From Eledone cirrhosa (taxonomy: Eukaryota): a DNA stretch of 64,000 nucleotides. A program made the translations under genes and the position numbers. Under the pieces are notes generated by a model. The model ran no database searches and was not told the origin of the DNA. It was given only the letters and a program-made list of their open reading frames with translations. Of this stretch, positions 12,701 through 25,720 are shown piece after piece; the stretch's first letter is position 1, and the number at the start of each line of letters is the position of its first letter. The DNA lies in contig OZ024755.1 of the NCBI GenBank assembly GCA_964016885.1, positions 25,854,001 to 25,918,000 on the forward strand, read 5' to 3'.

Positions 12701-13855
12701 TCTAACCATATATTATATGTATATATTAGTTCTGTTCAACTCAAACAAGCAAATATGGAAAGAAAATATATGTATACCAAAATGCTGATAAAGAGGATAT
12801 ATTAATTAGCAATAATTAAAATTAAAATATTTACAGACTTTTAAAATATTTATATCCCCACAAAAAATTAAAAATTAAATTTATAAATATTCATCTTTTC
12901 GTTGCTTATAAATATCATTTTTTTTTTTTCGGTTAATTTCAAAATATTAATTTAAACAAAACATTTTTAAAAGTTAACCCTTTTGTTACTGTATTTGTAA
13001 TAAAGTTGGAGGGATTTACTAAAATTATTATTTCAGTGTTGTGAAATAATGTGAGGTTGCTTTTGAGCACTACCGGTAACATAATCCAGTATGACCAATT
13101 ACAGGATTAGGTTATTGGTGACTAAACCAGCAAATTCACCAAGCAAGCTTAGTGAGGACGATGATTTCTGGACACACTGCGGGATGAAAAACAAAACCCT
13201 TCAAAGGTGGAGGAACTTAGGACAGTCAATGGCCATCCAATAGTGTAAAACAAAAAAGAAAGCAGGCAGACAGAGCTTGTTAGCTTTAGTAGGCAGAATG
13301 TCTAGGACAAGAATCACTCTGATTTCAAACCCGCAGTAGGTAGGACTTTATTGTTAGCTGGGTGACAACCTTTTGAGTGGCCAATGGCTTCATCCCTGTA
13401 AGGCAGATGAGCATCAGCTCAGTAACTAGTTTCCGAGTAATGGACAGATGAGGGTTCGGGACCCCTTGACATCACTCTTTCCCCTGATGGACATACAACA
13501 TCTAATAGAATAATATTGGTGCTATTGTCATTGGTCCCTGACACTCAGCAATGAGGAAGAGGGGAGGCCAGATCATATATTTGTGAAGGCTCATAGCTGA
13601 GTTAAAGTGTTGGGATCACACTCATGATACTGAGTTTGATACCTGTACTGGGGGAGGTGGTACATTCTGTCCTTGAGCAAGACACTTTATTTAGTGTTGC
13701 TCCAGTCCACTTAACTGAGGGGGTGTAAAATGACTTTCAACAAGACTTGTGCTAAGCTGTTTATATTTTAATTAAAATTGGAATCCTTAAAAATGAGTGG
13801 TCATAGTTTCACAGGGATGCAGGTTGGTATCAAAAGGGTTTAAATAGGTAGTATT

Positions 13856-13903
<48 letters not shown>

Positions 13904-16900
13904 AGTTTTCTTTTCTCTCATTTAATATTTTTCTTCTTTTTTATAAATGGCAATAACAACAATAAGGTCCCAGGGTGGCAATATTAGTAAGGGGCTAGGG
14001 GTTAGTCAATGTAATCAACTTAATTAAAAACAGTACTTGAATGGTCCTTTATTTTATTGGCCCCTACATTCCATCCAGTCCTTAGAAGCTATGATAAAGA
14101 ACTAAATTGACAATTTATTTTGTCTGATGCTCCAATGATTTTCTGAAATACACCATCTCATAATGATAATAATTATAATTTCTGTTATATATATATAATT
14201 TAAATGAAAAACTCTCTTTATGGGAGTATAAGCCAGACAGATAAAATAAAGTTAGTCTAACTTATATAAAGATCTCCCTACCATGGTTTCGTTTGTGGAA
14301 GAAACAATTTATTGGAAATACCAATATTGGAAGAATCCGCAATACTCTTCTGGGGAGTTTATTCTTCAAAACTAAGAGGCTATATTGATCAGGAAATTAT
14401 ACACACCGTTTCAATTGCCAAGGCAACATGCTGTCCAAAACACATTCTGCTCACACAAAAAAGGGCAAATACAGTGTAAGCACAAATAGTCGATTACATT
14501 GACAACCTACCTTGGGTGGAGATTGCAAACAAAACTAACAGGGATGTAACTTTAGACATTGTTTACCCTGCTAACTTTGAACATATAAAAGAAAATTCCC
14601 TACCTTTTCAATATAGTCCCTGGAAAAAAACAATGCAGTTATTAATAAGATTTGGTAGTGATGGTGCCAAAATAAAGGAACACAGTAGACTCTGTATACC
14701 AGCTGACATTAGGAGAAGCAGCCAACCATAAAAACCATGACAAAATGGAACATGAGCTAGAAGTGGTTCTCCAACCCATCTTTTCTCAAACTGTGATGAC
14801 CTGTCTTACTCCTGACCACATGAAAAGTGGGCATCAAATGATGATAGAGTTCTGTGGTTAAGGGGGTACAGACATAGCTGTGTGGTTAAGGAAGTACAGA
14901 TATGGCTGTGAGATTAAGGAGGTACAGACATGTCTGTGTGGTTAAGGAGGTACAGACATGGCTGTGTGGTTAAGGAGGTACAGACATGGCTGTGTGGTTA
15001 AGGAGGTACAGACATGGCTGTGTGGTTAAAGTGGTACATATATGGCTCTGTGGTTAAAGTGGTACAGTCATGGCTGGGTGGTTAAGGAAGTACAGACATA
15101 GCTGTGTGGTTTAGCAGGTGTAGGTATGGTTGTGTGGTAAAGGTGGTACTATCATGGCTGTGTGGTTAACCAGTACAGACTTGGCTGTGTGGTTAAGCCA
15201 GTACAGACATGGCTGTGTGGTTAAGCCAGTACAGACATGGCTGTGTGGTTAAGCCAGTACAGACATGGCTGTGTGGTTAAGCCAGTACAGACATGGCAGT
15301 GTGGTTAAGCCAGTACAGACATGGCAGTGTGGTTAAGGTGGTACTATCATGGCTGTGTGGTTAGGCCAGTACAGACATGGCTGTGTGGTTAAGCCAGTAC
15401 AGACATGGCTGTGTGGTTAAGCCAGTACAGACATGGCTGTGTGGTTAAGCCAGTACAGACATGGCTGTGTGGTTAAGGTGGTACTATCATGGCTGTGTGG
15501 TTAGGCCAGTACAGACATGGCTGTGTGGTTAGGCCAGTACAGACATGGCTGTGTGGTTAAGGTGGTACTATCATGGCTGTGTGGTTAGGCCAGTACAGAC
15601 ATGGCTGTGTGGTTAAGCCAGTACAGATAGCTGACTGGTTAAGGATCTGCGGGTATGGCTATATAGTGATGATGATGATAATGGTGATGTTGACGTTGAT
15701 TTTTTTTGTATTCTTCCAGATTATGAACTTTCTGCGATTCTGTGAACTTCTGCACAAATCTGCTGCAAACGTAAAATTAATCACTCTAAATACAAGCTCT
15801 GAAAATGTAAGTATTGTTGAGTTAACGAGGGTTTATTAGATCATTTAATGAGGGCATCTTGTATATGATTGTTGATCATTCTATTGTTGAGTTAACAAGG
15901 GCAGCTTTTATATGGTTGCTGGACATATTAGAAAAGGTAGTCAAATTCCTCTCATGTTTCACCTTGACTCTATGAATATCAATTAGATATTAAACTGCAC
16001 TAAACAGCTGAATTCTCTTCCTTAATTCTCACTATTTGAACATCCCCGAAGGAAGTTTTGGTCTTGAAATTGCAAGGATAACTTCAGTTGGTTGTAGTTT
16101 TGTGCCTCCCACTCTCCATCTTCAGATAGGGAGACACTATTTGTATATATACACTTTATGCAGAATGTTCCCCCGCCTCAGGTATTTCCATTTTACCTAT
16201 TGTTGACATAAATAATCTACACATTATTTCTTTTTCCCTTTCCTATATCTATCTGACCATTTTTAGTCTAACCAGCTTACAAGGTGAATATGCTTTGTTG
16301 AAGAGATATAATTGTTTCTACTTTAGGCACAAGGCCAGCAATTACCCAGTGCATTACTGGTACTTTATTTTATCGACCCCGTAAGGATGAAAGGCAAAGT
16401 CAACCTCGGCGGGATTTGAACTGAGATCGTAAAGGGACGTAACTATGCTGGAAAGCATGGCGTCCGACCCTCTACCGATACTGCCAATCCACCGCCCGTT
16501 GAAGAGATATAATAAGATCATAACATGTCCAATACTTTCACCAAGTTGACTTATAGACCAGTTCCACTTCCTTAGCATTGTTTTAAATTGTTCCACTCCA
16601 TCAACCCCTACACTCCACCAGTTGACCACACTCCACCAATTAACCTCCACTCCACCAACCACCTATACTTTACCAATTAACCTCCACTCCACCAACCACC
16701 TACACTCTTCCAGTTAACCTCCTCTCCACCAGTTAAGCTCCACTCACCCAATTTCTTATCCCAATACAGGGTAGAGACAAGCATTCCCAAAAAAACGCAT
16801 TATCTGCGATGCACGATCAGTTTAAAAGGCACAGAATTGATTTAGTTGTCACCTACAGCAAATCCTTGCACGATAGAGAAATAAGGTGAGTCAACACTTT

Positions 16901-17648
16901 AAACCCTTTGTAATACTAAACCACTTAAAACCCTTTGTGATACTAAACCTTTTTAAACCCTTTGTAATACTAAACCTTTTTAAACCCTTTGTAATACTAA
17001 ACCACTCTTAAACCTTTTGTAATATAAAACTACCTGAAACTGCCCCTGGTTCTATGATACAGGATTTTATTTTAAAGTGTTTATATTTATCTAAAAACCA
17101 TCCACCATAAGTTTATGTAAGAACCTATGTTATGTAATGTTCCAAACACTGTCATAATTATATGAAAGTTATTTGGTGATTTTCAGAAGGATTTGAAAAT
17201 CATAAACAGTGTCTTTCATTAGAAATATGGTAACAATTGTTAAAGTGTTAATATTTATCTAAAACCTTTCCATTATAATTTTATATAAGAACCTTTATTA
17301 TGTTTCAAACCTCAGTTTAATCATGAGAAAGATAGTTATGTTACAAATCTCTCTATCAAAGATTTTAGATAAATATAAACACTTTAACAAACAGCAGGGT
17401 GTCCTATGTTCTACCAATACTGCCAATCCCCTGCCCACAACAACAATAATAATAATAATGTTCTTTTCTGTTTCATTGAACTCAGGTTTAATAACGGCTG
17501 GATTATTAAGATTGGTCGTGGCCTCGACTATTTCAAGCATGTTCCAAAGTTCAGCATTGGTTTCCAAGACTATGACCTACGACCCTGTCATGAGACAACT
17601 ATTAATATCTTCCATGCCAAACATGTTTCCAAGGACAAAGAGAGTTAA
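6600..17648 (+). CDS. MITD1: MIT domain-containing protein 1, copy A (6 coding exons: 6600-6729, 11620-11721, 12188-12324, 15720-15806, 16770-16885, 17486-17648; 244 aa)
   Basis: Manually spliced with GT-AG introns and consistent phases (735 nt). N-terminal MIT helices ([30 protein letters not shown]) and C-terminal PLD-like motifs [42 protein letters not shown], as in vertebrate MITD1. Confidence 0.95.
6928..7115 (-). mobile_element. SINE family 1
   Basis: Reverse complement of the 20-210 element. Confidence 0.8.
7165..7500 (+). mobile_element. tRNA-derived SINE family 2 with (ATG)n tail
   Basis: tggcttagtgg A box, gagttcaattc B box, ccttgagcaa..cacttt core, ends ggacgtaaaatgatgatg. Confidence 0.8.
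7507..7818 (-). mobile_element. SINE family 2, inverted partner
   Basis: Near-perfect reverse complement of 7165-7500. Confidence 0.8.
7829..8104. mobile_element. Palindromic element (Penelope-like inverted remnant or MITE) with hammerhead-like motifs
   Basis: Inverted arms of about 80 bp or more (taggtagaagtggtaacac... / ...gtgttaccacttctaccta). Confidence 0.65.
8021..8072 (+). ncRNA. Candidate minimal type I hammerhead ribozyme
   Basis: accattatgag CTGAAGA tccgctaaggt GAAA caattg TT ctcggtatggt; stem I pairing and palindromic stem III. Confidence 0.5.
8165..9612 (-). mobile_element. 5'-truncated RTE-clade LINE (RT, frameshifted)
   Basis: [47 protein letters not shown]; (ATG)n tail. Confidence 0.92.
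9625..10005 (-). mobile_element. Cluster of SINE family 1 copies and fragments
   Basis: Same body sequence as other family 1 copies. Confidence 0.75.
10250..10900. mobile_element. Old LINE 3'-end fragments (10250-10450 +; about 10720-10900 -)
   Basis: [15 protein letters not shown] motif; related to 18400-18760 and 39950-40310. Confidence 0.6.
10988..11200. repeat. About 75-bp tandem repeat, 3 copies
   Basis: gaaatatcagatgatgctc..ggtgaaggtgcttggcta..ccagcac repeated. Confidence 0.85.
11620..11721 (+). CDS. MITD1: MITD1-A coding exon 2 ([34 protein letters not shown])
   Basis: ttgcag acceptor, gtattg donor, MIT helix 3. Confidence 0.92.
12188..12324 (+). CDS. MITD1: MITD1-A coding exon 3 ([23 protein letters not shown]...[10 protein letters not shown])
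   Basis: tacag acceptor, gtaata donor, IEEN..G..Y and DPYIR motifs. Confidence 0.93.
12432..12710 (-). mobile_element. SINE (family 2-type head, different body); also at 35277-35555
   Basis: Reverse-strand tRNA head and ccttgagc..acactttatttcac core. Confidence 0.7.
14853..15645. repeat. 28-bp minisatellite (GTACAGACATGGCTGTGTGGTTAAGCCA) in MITD1-A intron 3
   Basis: About 28 units. Confidence 0.95.
15720..15806 (+). CDS. MITD1: MITD1-A coding exon 4 ([29 protein letters not shown])
   Basis: ttccag acceptor, gtaagt donor, NFLRFCE motif. Confidence 0.93.
16313..16497 (-). mobile_element. Young full-length SINE family 1 with 16-bp target site duplication
   Basis: TSD gttgaagagatataat at 16297-16312 and 16498-16513; empty site in unit B near 38290. 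Confidence 0.9.
16770..16885 (+). CDS. MITD1: MITD1-A coding exon 5 ([39 protein letters not shown])
   Basis: tacag acceptor, gtgagt donor, HDRE motif. Confidence 0.92.
17486..17648 (+). CDS. MITD1: MITD1-A coding exon 6 ([17 protein letters not shown]...SKDKES*)
   Basis: ctcag acceptor, stop TAA ending at 17648. Confidence 0.95.
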
Positions 17649-17665
17649 AATTTAACTACAAACCA

Positions 17666-17740
<75 letters not shown>

Positions 17741-17778
17741 TTGCTTCAAAGAAAGGACTGCACATGTGATTCTACAGG

Positions 17779-18150
17779 GGAAGTATCACACCTCTAATTC
17801 TACAGAAGAGGTACCACACCTGTAATTGTACAGAGGAAGTACGACACATTCATCCCTTCAAATATGGTACCACACCTGTAATTCTACAGAGAAGATACTA
17901 CACCTGTATCTCTACAGAAAAGGTACCACACCTGTATCTCCTCAGAGAAAGTATCACACCTGTAATTCTATAGAGAAGGTATCATACCTTATCACACCTG
18001 TATCTCTTCATGTAAGGTACCACACCTGTAATTCTATAAAGGAGGTATCACACCTGAATCTCTTCAAATAAAGTACCACACCTGGGTCTCTTTAAATAAG
18101 GTATCACACCTGTATCTCTCCAGAGAAAGTACCACACCTGTAAGTCTCCT
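17779..18150. repeat. About 29-bp degenerate minisatellite downstream of the MITD1-A stop (shorter version at 39435-39715)
   Basis: gtaccacacctgtaattcta.. units. Confidence 0.85.
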
Positions 18151-18969
18151 TAGAAGGTAATCAGCCGACATTTCCCTCAAGTTTTATCATTCAACTGAAG
18201 TTTGGGTCTGGTCAAATTGGTCAGTGTTTTTATGTTATTTTCGTTTTTAGAGACAAAATATGATTTCTTTGAAAACCAACCATGTTGGAACAAAATAAAA
18301 ATATATATATTTTTTATATTTTTGATTAGTGAAGTGATTTCTTGTCTTTGCCCACTTATTCCTGAGAGAGTCGTGGGGTTAGAGTCCTCAAACACTCTCG
18401 CCAATGGGTCCTGTCAGAAGCAACCGCCTCCAACTCATCCGGCTGGATCCCCAAGCATGACCAACCAAGCTCATGGATGTTATCCGACCATCTTGCTCAG
18501 GGACTACCCCTGGGTCTCCTACATATTGGCTTCACCCGTAAAATCTGCCCGGTGATTCTTTCCTTAGCCATTCTAACCTCATGCCCATAGTATCGGAGCT
18601 GTAATCTCTCCCTGAAGTGACTCTCTGATCTCTGAGCTACACACTTTATCGAGTAACGTTACTCCAATGACCTGTTGATTTGACGAAACTACTCTCTTCC
18701 CTGTACATCATGTAGGTATCAGTAAGAATGGATTTCCTTGGTAAAGCAGTTGCATTATCAAGGATTGAACTGATGGGTCACAAATCTATGGTTTAGCATT
18801 TTAGCCACACTGCCACCAAACCTGATGACAGCTATACAATGAAAATGTTAGAATAAAAAAATATATATATTATGAAAGTGGAATAATTTAAAAGTTACCA
18901 GGCATTACTGTAGACATTGGACATTGTGGTAGATTCAAATCTCACACATTCAATGATGATATATATATA

Positions 18970-21280
18970 ACCGTGATATTGTCGGGGAGAAGTGTGTACT
19001 TAACGATGATGGCGTACTTGCCATCACTGACGCTGATAAGAAGGTAGCTTGGAAGTGTCACTACGAAAGGCTACTAAATGAGGAGAATAAATGGGAGAAA
19101 GACAGTCTCCCCCACATCGATCCAATAGAGGGACCAGCAGTGTTAGTCGAAGGTAGTATAATAAGTAAGGCAATCAAAGATATGAAGACGGGTAAGGCGG
19201 CTGGGCCTTCGGAAATAGTTGCTGAGATGCTGAAAGCCTCCGGTACGGTGGGACACACCATGGTCACCCGGATAGTAAACCAAGTCATACAGAATGGGGT
19301 TGTTCCGAAGGAGTGGCGTAGCAGCATCATCGTTAACTGTTACAAGGGTAAAGGAGACGCCCTAGATAGGAGTAACTATAGAGGCATTAAATTAATCGAC
19401 CAGGTCATGAAGGTCACGGAAAAAGTAATAGCGCAACTAATCAGAGAGAGAATTGATCTAGATGAAATGCAGTTCGGGTTTGTGTCAGGCAAAAGTACCA
19501 CAGACGCTCTTTTCATTGTATGACAACTACAGGAGAAGTACCTAGCTAAAAGTAAACCCCTATACTTAGCTTTTGTCGACTTGGAGAAAGCCTTCGACAG
19601 AGTCCCCCGTTCCATTATCTGGTGGGCTCTTAGAAAACTAGGTGTTGACGAATGGCTTGTGAGAGCCATACAAGCCATGTATAAAGAAACAGTCAGCAAG
19701 GTTAGAATTAACAATGAATATAGTGAAGAGTTTAGTGTAAAAGTTGGTGTCCATCAGGGCTCTGTTCTTAGCCCCCTACTATTTATTATTGCCCTTCAGG
19801 CTATAACAGAGGAGTTCAAGACCGGCTGCCCATGGGAACTCCTATACGCAAATGATCTAACGCTCATAGCTGAATCAATGGCCGAGCTAGAGAAGAAATT
19901 CCAAACATGGAAGCATGGCCTAGAATCAAAAGGCCTTAAAATTAACCTGGCTAAGACTAAAGTTCTAGTTTGTAGGAAAGAAAATAAGGCGCCAGTCCCC
20001 TCCGGGAAATGGCCATGCTCAGTGTGTAGGAAAGGCGTAGGTAGAAACTCCATTTTATGTCCCAAATGCAAAGTATGGGTGCATAAAAGATGTAGTGGGA
20101 TCACAGGTAAGCTAACTAAGAACACAGATTTTACATGTGGCCGGTGCTCTGGTGCAATAAGTAGCAGCAAGTGCCCACAAATACTAACTCTTTCAATTGC
20201 GCAGAGGGTTCTATAGAAATAGTGGACAGCTTCCGTTACCTGGGTGACAAAATCAGCAGTGGGGGAGGGTGCTCTGAAAGTACAGTAGCTAGAGTCAGAA
20301 CTGGATGGAAAAAGATCAGAGAGCTTATACCACTATAAGCCGCTAAAGGGTTCTCCCTAAAAATGAAAGGCAGGTTGTATGATGCCTGCATACGAACAGC
20401 AATGTTGCATGGCAGTGAGACCTGGGCATTGTGTGCAGAGGATATACGCAGACTAGAGAGGAACGAAGCTTGCATGCTCCGCTGGATGTGTAATAGTAAT
20501 ATACGTGAACGGCAAAGCATAAACGAACTAAGGAAAAAATTAGAAATAAGAGGGATCAGATGTTGTTTACTCGAGAGAAGGCTACGTTGGTATGGTCACG
20601 TGATGCGCATGAAAGACGACAGCTGTATAACAAAGTGCAGGGCAATAAAGATAGATGGTAGCCACGGAGTAGGTAGACCCAGGAAAACCTGGGACGAGCT
20701 GATAAATTCCGACCTCACACACTTACACCTCTCCAAGACAATGTCACTGGACCGAGACCTTTGGCAGTACTCAGTAACAGAGAAGACCCGCCTTACCTAA
20801 ATACAAAGTAAAACCTACTAGTCAGTAGGCATCTCTAACAAAATACACCCCCGTCCCACCCCATCCACACCGCCCCCTTCAATGCAAAGTTATGTTGGTG
20901 CCACAACATCCAGGCCGAAACAAACGAGATCGTGTAAGTGTCACGACAAAAAAACACACAGTCCACGCTGTAATGTGGCCGTGTAGGCAACACGGTAAAA
21001 ACCTCCCAGTCCCACACTGTAAATGTGGTTGGTGTTAGGAAGGGCATCCAGCTGTAGAAAACACGCCAGACAGTCCACGCTGTAATGTGGCCGTGTAGGC
21101 AACACAGTAAAAACCTCCCAGCCCCACACTGTAAATGTGGTTGGTGTTAGGAAGGACATCCAGCTGTAGAAAACCCGGTCCTATGCGAGCAAGACAACCA
21201 CTCTTGCCTCAAGTGGGAAAAACCCCCGTCCAAACCCATGCAAGCGTGGAACAGGGACGTTAAACGATGATGATGATGAT
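18970..21280 (+). mobile_element. 5'-truncated RTE-clade LINE (RT with stops and a frameshift, 3'UTR, (ATG)n tail)
   Basis: [51 protein letters not shown]; TGA at 19521. Confidence 0.93.
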
Positions 21281-21569
21281 CATCATCATCATCGTTTAAC
21301 GTCTATCTTCCATGTTAGCATGGGTTAAACGGTTTTGTTCCATTTGATGCGGAAATGGTTGGGAGACCCTGTCTCGCTGATACTAATTTAAAGTATCATA
21401 ACATATATAATATATATGATGAATATGTTTCTCAGTAAAAAAAAAACCTCAATAGACATTTGTCCAGAGCATCTATAATTCAAATAAAAAAAAAATATGT
21501 GTATATAGTTATATATCATTAGAGAAACACAGTATTTTGTACACATAAAAAAAACATCTAATATTTAGA

Positions 21570-21752
21570 TTGGCAGTATCGGTATAGGGTCGGACACCAT
21601 GCTTTGCAGCATAGAGTTAAGGCCCTTGCCATTCTGAGTTCAAATCACGCCGAGGTTAACTTTGCCTTTCATCCTTACGGGGTCGATAAAATATAGTACC
21701 AGTAATGAACTGGGTAATTTGCTGGCCTTGTGCCAATAGTAGAAACAATTAT
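21570..21752 (+). mobile_element. SINE family 1
   Basis: Matches the 20-210 element. Confidence 0.8.
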
Positions 21753-22346
21753 ATACTTTAGGTGGAAAAGTAAATATATTCCTTACAGCAGTGTTACATA
21801 GTCCCTAGAACCGGATTAAAAATCAATCTCGTGTTGCTGTTGCACCAGGCAGACCAAAACTATTCTGTGTTCACCAAATATATTCAAAGAGTTTGGGTCT
21901 GTCTCAATCTTAGGTTATCTCAGTGACAACTTCCTAACCATACAGACACGTTAAAATATATTTGGGTTATAAAAAAAATATGAAGGCACGTGGCCATGTG
22001 GTTAGAGAATTGGATTCACAATGGTGAAGTTGTGACTTCGATTCATGGGCCGGCGATGCGTTATGCCCTTGAGCAAGACACTTTATTTAACATTGCGACC
22101 GATAGTATTAGCAATTGGAAAGACCAACGGAAACATTGTTTCCTCGGTCCGATTTGAATAAATATATATATAGATATATATATATATATAATGCATTGCT
22201 GCAGCTTTCCAACTTCGAATTCTATATCCCATATACAATGCTTCAAGTAAACTACAAATTCCTTCTTAATATATATTTATTGATATTTTTAATTACGTTT
22301 AAATATATTGTAATCCTTTCAAAATGACATCCAAGCTATTTAACGT

Positions 22347-22402
<56 letters not shown>

Positions 22403-23654
22403 CTGGTGGGCGTGTAAACATACAGAACGACACCAAGTCCCTAATTGGGCGCTCTACCAGGTAAAAATATCTTGAACAAAATAGATAAATTAATAAAACA
22501 CGACTATCAAACATCAATGTATTCGCCATAATTACATTCACAACTTTATAATAAAACATTGATAAGGAAAAATAACGAAGTCAAAGTAAGATTAAACCCA
22601 AAACTTAGTGAAATGTCCGTAAAAGTATTCGTTATTGTCTTAGCAGAAGATGTTACACGTGTATTTATATATATAAATATACCTCTAAACATATGTATAT
22701 ATTTATATATGCATGTATGTGTATAAATTATTGTTTTACTTACAAAATTATTTTTCTAATATCGTGTTTAATATTTTATATTGTGTCGTGTGCTTTTTAA
22801 TCCATTTAATCACGATGAAACTCAACTCACTCCCCTTCGTTTACTTACTGACTTACACACATACTCTCTCATTCTCCCTTCTTTGTCTCTTTCTCTCTGT
22901 CGCTGTTTCCATCCTATAGTCACTCTCCCTCTCTCTTACTCTTCACTTTCTACCTCCCTCTCTTTCTCTCTCCTTCTTTTCCACTCTCTGCCTTACCTCC
23001 TATTCACTCAACATCCCTCGCTTTCTCTGTCTCTCTCTTTCTATCAGGGGCTCCTGTGTATTTTTCTGCCTTTCTCTCCCTCTCACTCCCCACTCTCTCT
23101 CTCCCTCTCACACCTGACCCCCTCCTACCACCACACTATCTCATTTCTCTCTCTCACCTCACCTCTTCTCTTCTCCGTTCTCGCCTGGAATAAAATTGCG
23201 GGTGTGCAAAATCCGATCAATTATACAGTCCAGGGGGAAGTAATTCTGTAAACATAAAGAGGGGCAGCCCCTCCTACCACCACACTATCTACTTTCTGTC
23301 TCTCTCACCAAACAAACGTAAACACTCCCACCTCACCTCTTCTCCGTTCTCCTGGAATAAAATTGCGGGTGTGCAAAATCAGATCAATTTTACAGTCAAG
23401 TGTTAATTCTGTAAACATACAGAAAGACACCAAGTCCCTACTTGGGTGCTCTACCAGGTAAAAATATCTCTGACAAGATAAATAAATTAATAAAACCTGA
23501 CTATCAAATATCAATGTATTCGCTTTAATTACATCCACAACTTTATAATAAAACATTGATAATGAAAAGTAAGGAAGTCAAAGTAAGATTAAACCCTAAA
23601 CTTCGTGAAATGTCCGTAAAAGTATTCGTTGTTGTCTTAGCAGACGATGTTACA

Positions 23655-23694
<40 letters not shown>

Positions 23695-23697
<3 letters not shown>

Positions 23698-23990
23698 ATG
23701 AAATTATTGTGTAAAGTGCTCAGGTGCACCACAACTCGTCAATATAGTACATAGAATAATACACAAATGTCAGGGAAGTACATGTGTGTATGTGTTAGCT
23801 GTAGTGTTGGCGGATCTCGGGAAACATGGAGGCTTTAAAGGATGCAGTGTCTCGACAGCTAACAACTGATGCAGGTAGTTTGTTCCATGCTTCAGCAACT
23901 CTGAGCGTGAAAAAATGTTTCCGAAAATCATGGGAACTGTGCTGTTTTCTTACTTTGTGGGCATGTCCACGTGTGTTAGACACATGGAAA
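23695..23990 (-). mobile_element. CR1/L2-like LINE 3' fragment (related copies at 27505-27785 and 43828-44110)
   Basis: TRGHAHK..RKHFFTLRVAEAWNKLP motif. Confidence 0.8.
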
Positions 23991-24094
23991 TCAAAATATA
24001 TATATATGCAAACGTTCTATTTAAAGTTGTTGGGATACAACAAGTAAATATATTTATAACCGACATAAAGCACTCGACAAATTTTTGGAGTAGA

Positions 24095-24347
24095 TATACG
24101 ATACTAATAAATGGAAACTATATTTATGAAACCATATTTATTTCATTATACATATTTCAGGTATACCAGACAGCCTCCAAAAGTAATGGTTGTATTTTAA
24201 AGGGTACGTCAAACCTATTTGTAAAACTGTTATATATTGTATTTTGTCTGATGAAGGTATACCATAATTTAATGTGGTATCCCTGAAATATGTATAATGA
24301 AATAAATGTGGTTTTATAAATATAGTTTCCATTTATTAATATCGTAT
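24095..24347. repeat. Inverted-repeat element, Penelope-like remnant
   Basis: About 75-bp inverted arms; ctgatga..stem..gaaa motif at about 24248-24290. Confidence 0.55.
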
Positions 24348-24371
24348 ATATATATATATATTGAAGGATAT

Positions 24372-24406
<35 letters not shown>

Positions 24407-24717
24407 CAAGGGCGGTGCCCCAGCATGGCTTCAGCCGGATGGCTGAAACAGGTAAAAGGGTTATATATATATATATATATATATATATTGAAGGATGAGT
24501 ATTTTAAACTTTATTTTATCATGAGTTAAGGCTCTATTGATTTTTCCCTAGATTTCACTAAATTCTGTGGATGAATCAATATCCTGATTCTTTTTCGATT
24601 GAGTTTGAATTATTTTTCCCACATCTTACGTTGACTATTTTCCCATTTTTACGCTATAGTCACTTATATATTATGGAATACTCTTGGCTTCTTGCTACAA
24701 TAATTTGTATACTTTTC

Positions 24718-24783
<66 letters not shown>

Positions 24784-25443
24784 GAAAGGTATAGAAGACA
24801 CTGCAGCGAAAAGCAAACAGTTTTCCATAATATATATATAAATATACCTGTAAACATGTATATATTTATGTATGCATGTATGTATATATTGTCTTGTTTA
24901 CAAAAATATTTTTCTAATATCGTGTTTAATATTTCTTCCATTTAATCACGACATAACTCTCAACTCACTCCCCTGTATTTACTTACTCTCTTTCTCCCCC
25001 CTCCCCCTCTCATACACCCTCTTCTTTCTCTCTCTTTTTGCCGGCCCCTCTCTTTTCCCCTTCCTTATTTTTCTCTTACTCTGTCGTTGTTTCCCTCCTA
25101 TAGTAACTCTCTTTCTCTCTCTCTTTCTTTTTGTTTCCCCCTCTCTCTCTGCACTTTCTACTTCCCTCTCTTTCTCTCGTGAAATAAAATGTTTTATACC
25201 TCCACAGAATTATAATTTTATTTTTTCCTACATAAAATTACTTGATGTTACCCACATTGACAAACCCCTTTTGTGACGGGTCCCGCTCGATTGTATTGGG
25301 AGCACCCACAGACAGATATATATACACACAAACACGCACGTACACACACATATATATATATATATACACACACACACATATATATATACATACACACACA
25401 CACACATATATATATACACACACACACACACACATATATATAT

Positions 25444-25514
<71 letters not shown>

Positions 25515-25515
<1 letters not shown>

Positions 25516-25688
25516 CGAAGGAGGTGTGGTAAGGAACCAGATGGACCGTAATGCACCAGAGTACTCAATACTTAGGGTAGTAGAGTGGGTAATAGGAAAA
25601 TGTTTAACACCGACAGCAGAGCTCAAGCCGTTTCGACAGCTATTTCTGGACTAGCTTGAGCTCTGCAGTCGGGTTTAAACAATTTCCC

Positions 25689-25690
<2 letters not shown>
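25515..25690. repeat. Interspersed palindromic repeat, same family as 58001-58300
   Basis: gcagagctcaagc...gcttgagctctgc; shared flank ggaaccagatggacc..ccagagtactcaatacttaggg. Confidence 0.75.

Positions 25691-25720
<30 letters not shown>

Noticed and set aside
14516-14731. 71-aa ORF identical in both units
   Set aside because: GTG start, no recognisable motif or splice signals; identity is explained by the recent duplication
17323-17655. 110-aa overlapping ORF at MITD1 exon 6
   Set aside because: Alternative-frame readthrough of intron plus exon with no independent evidence
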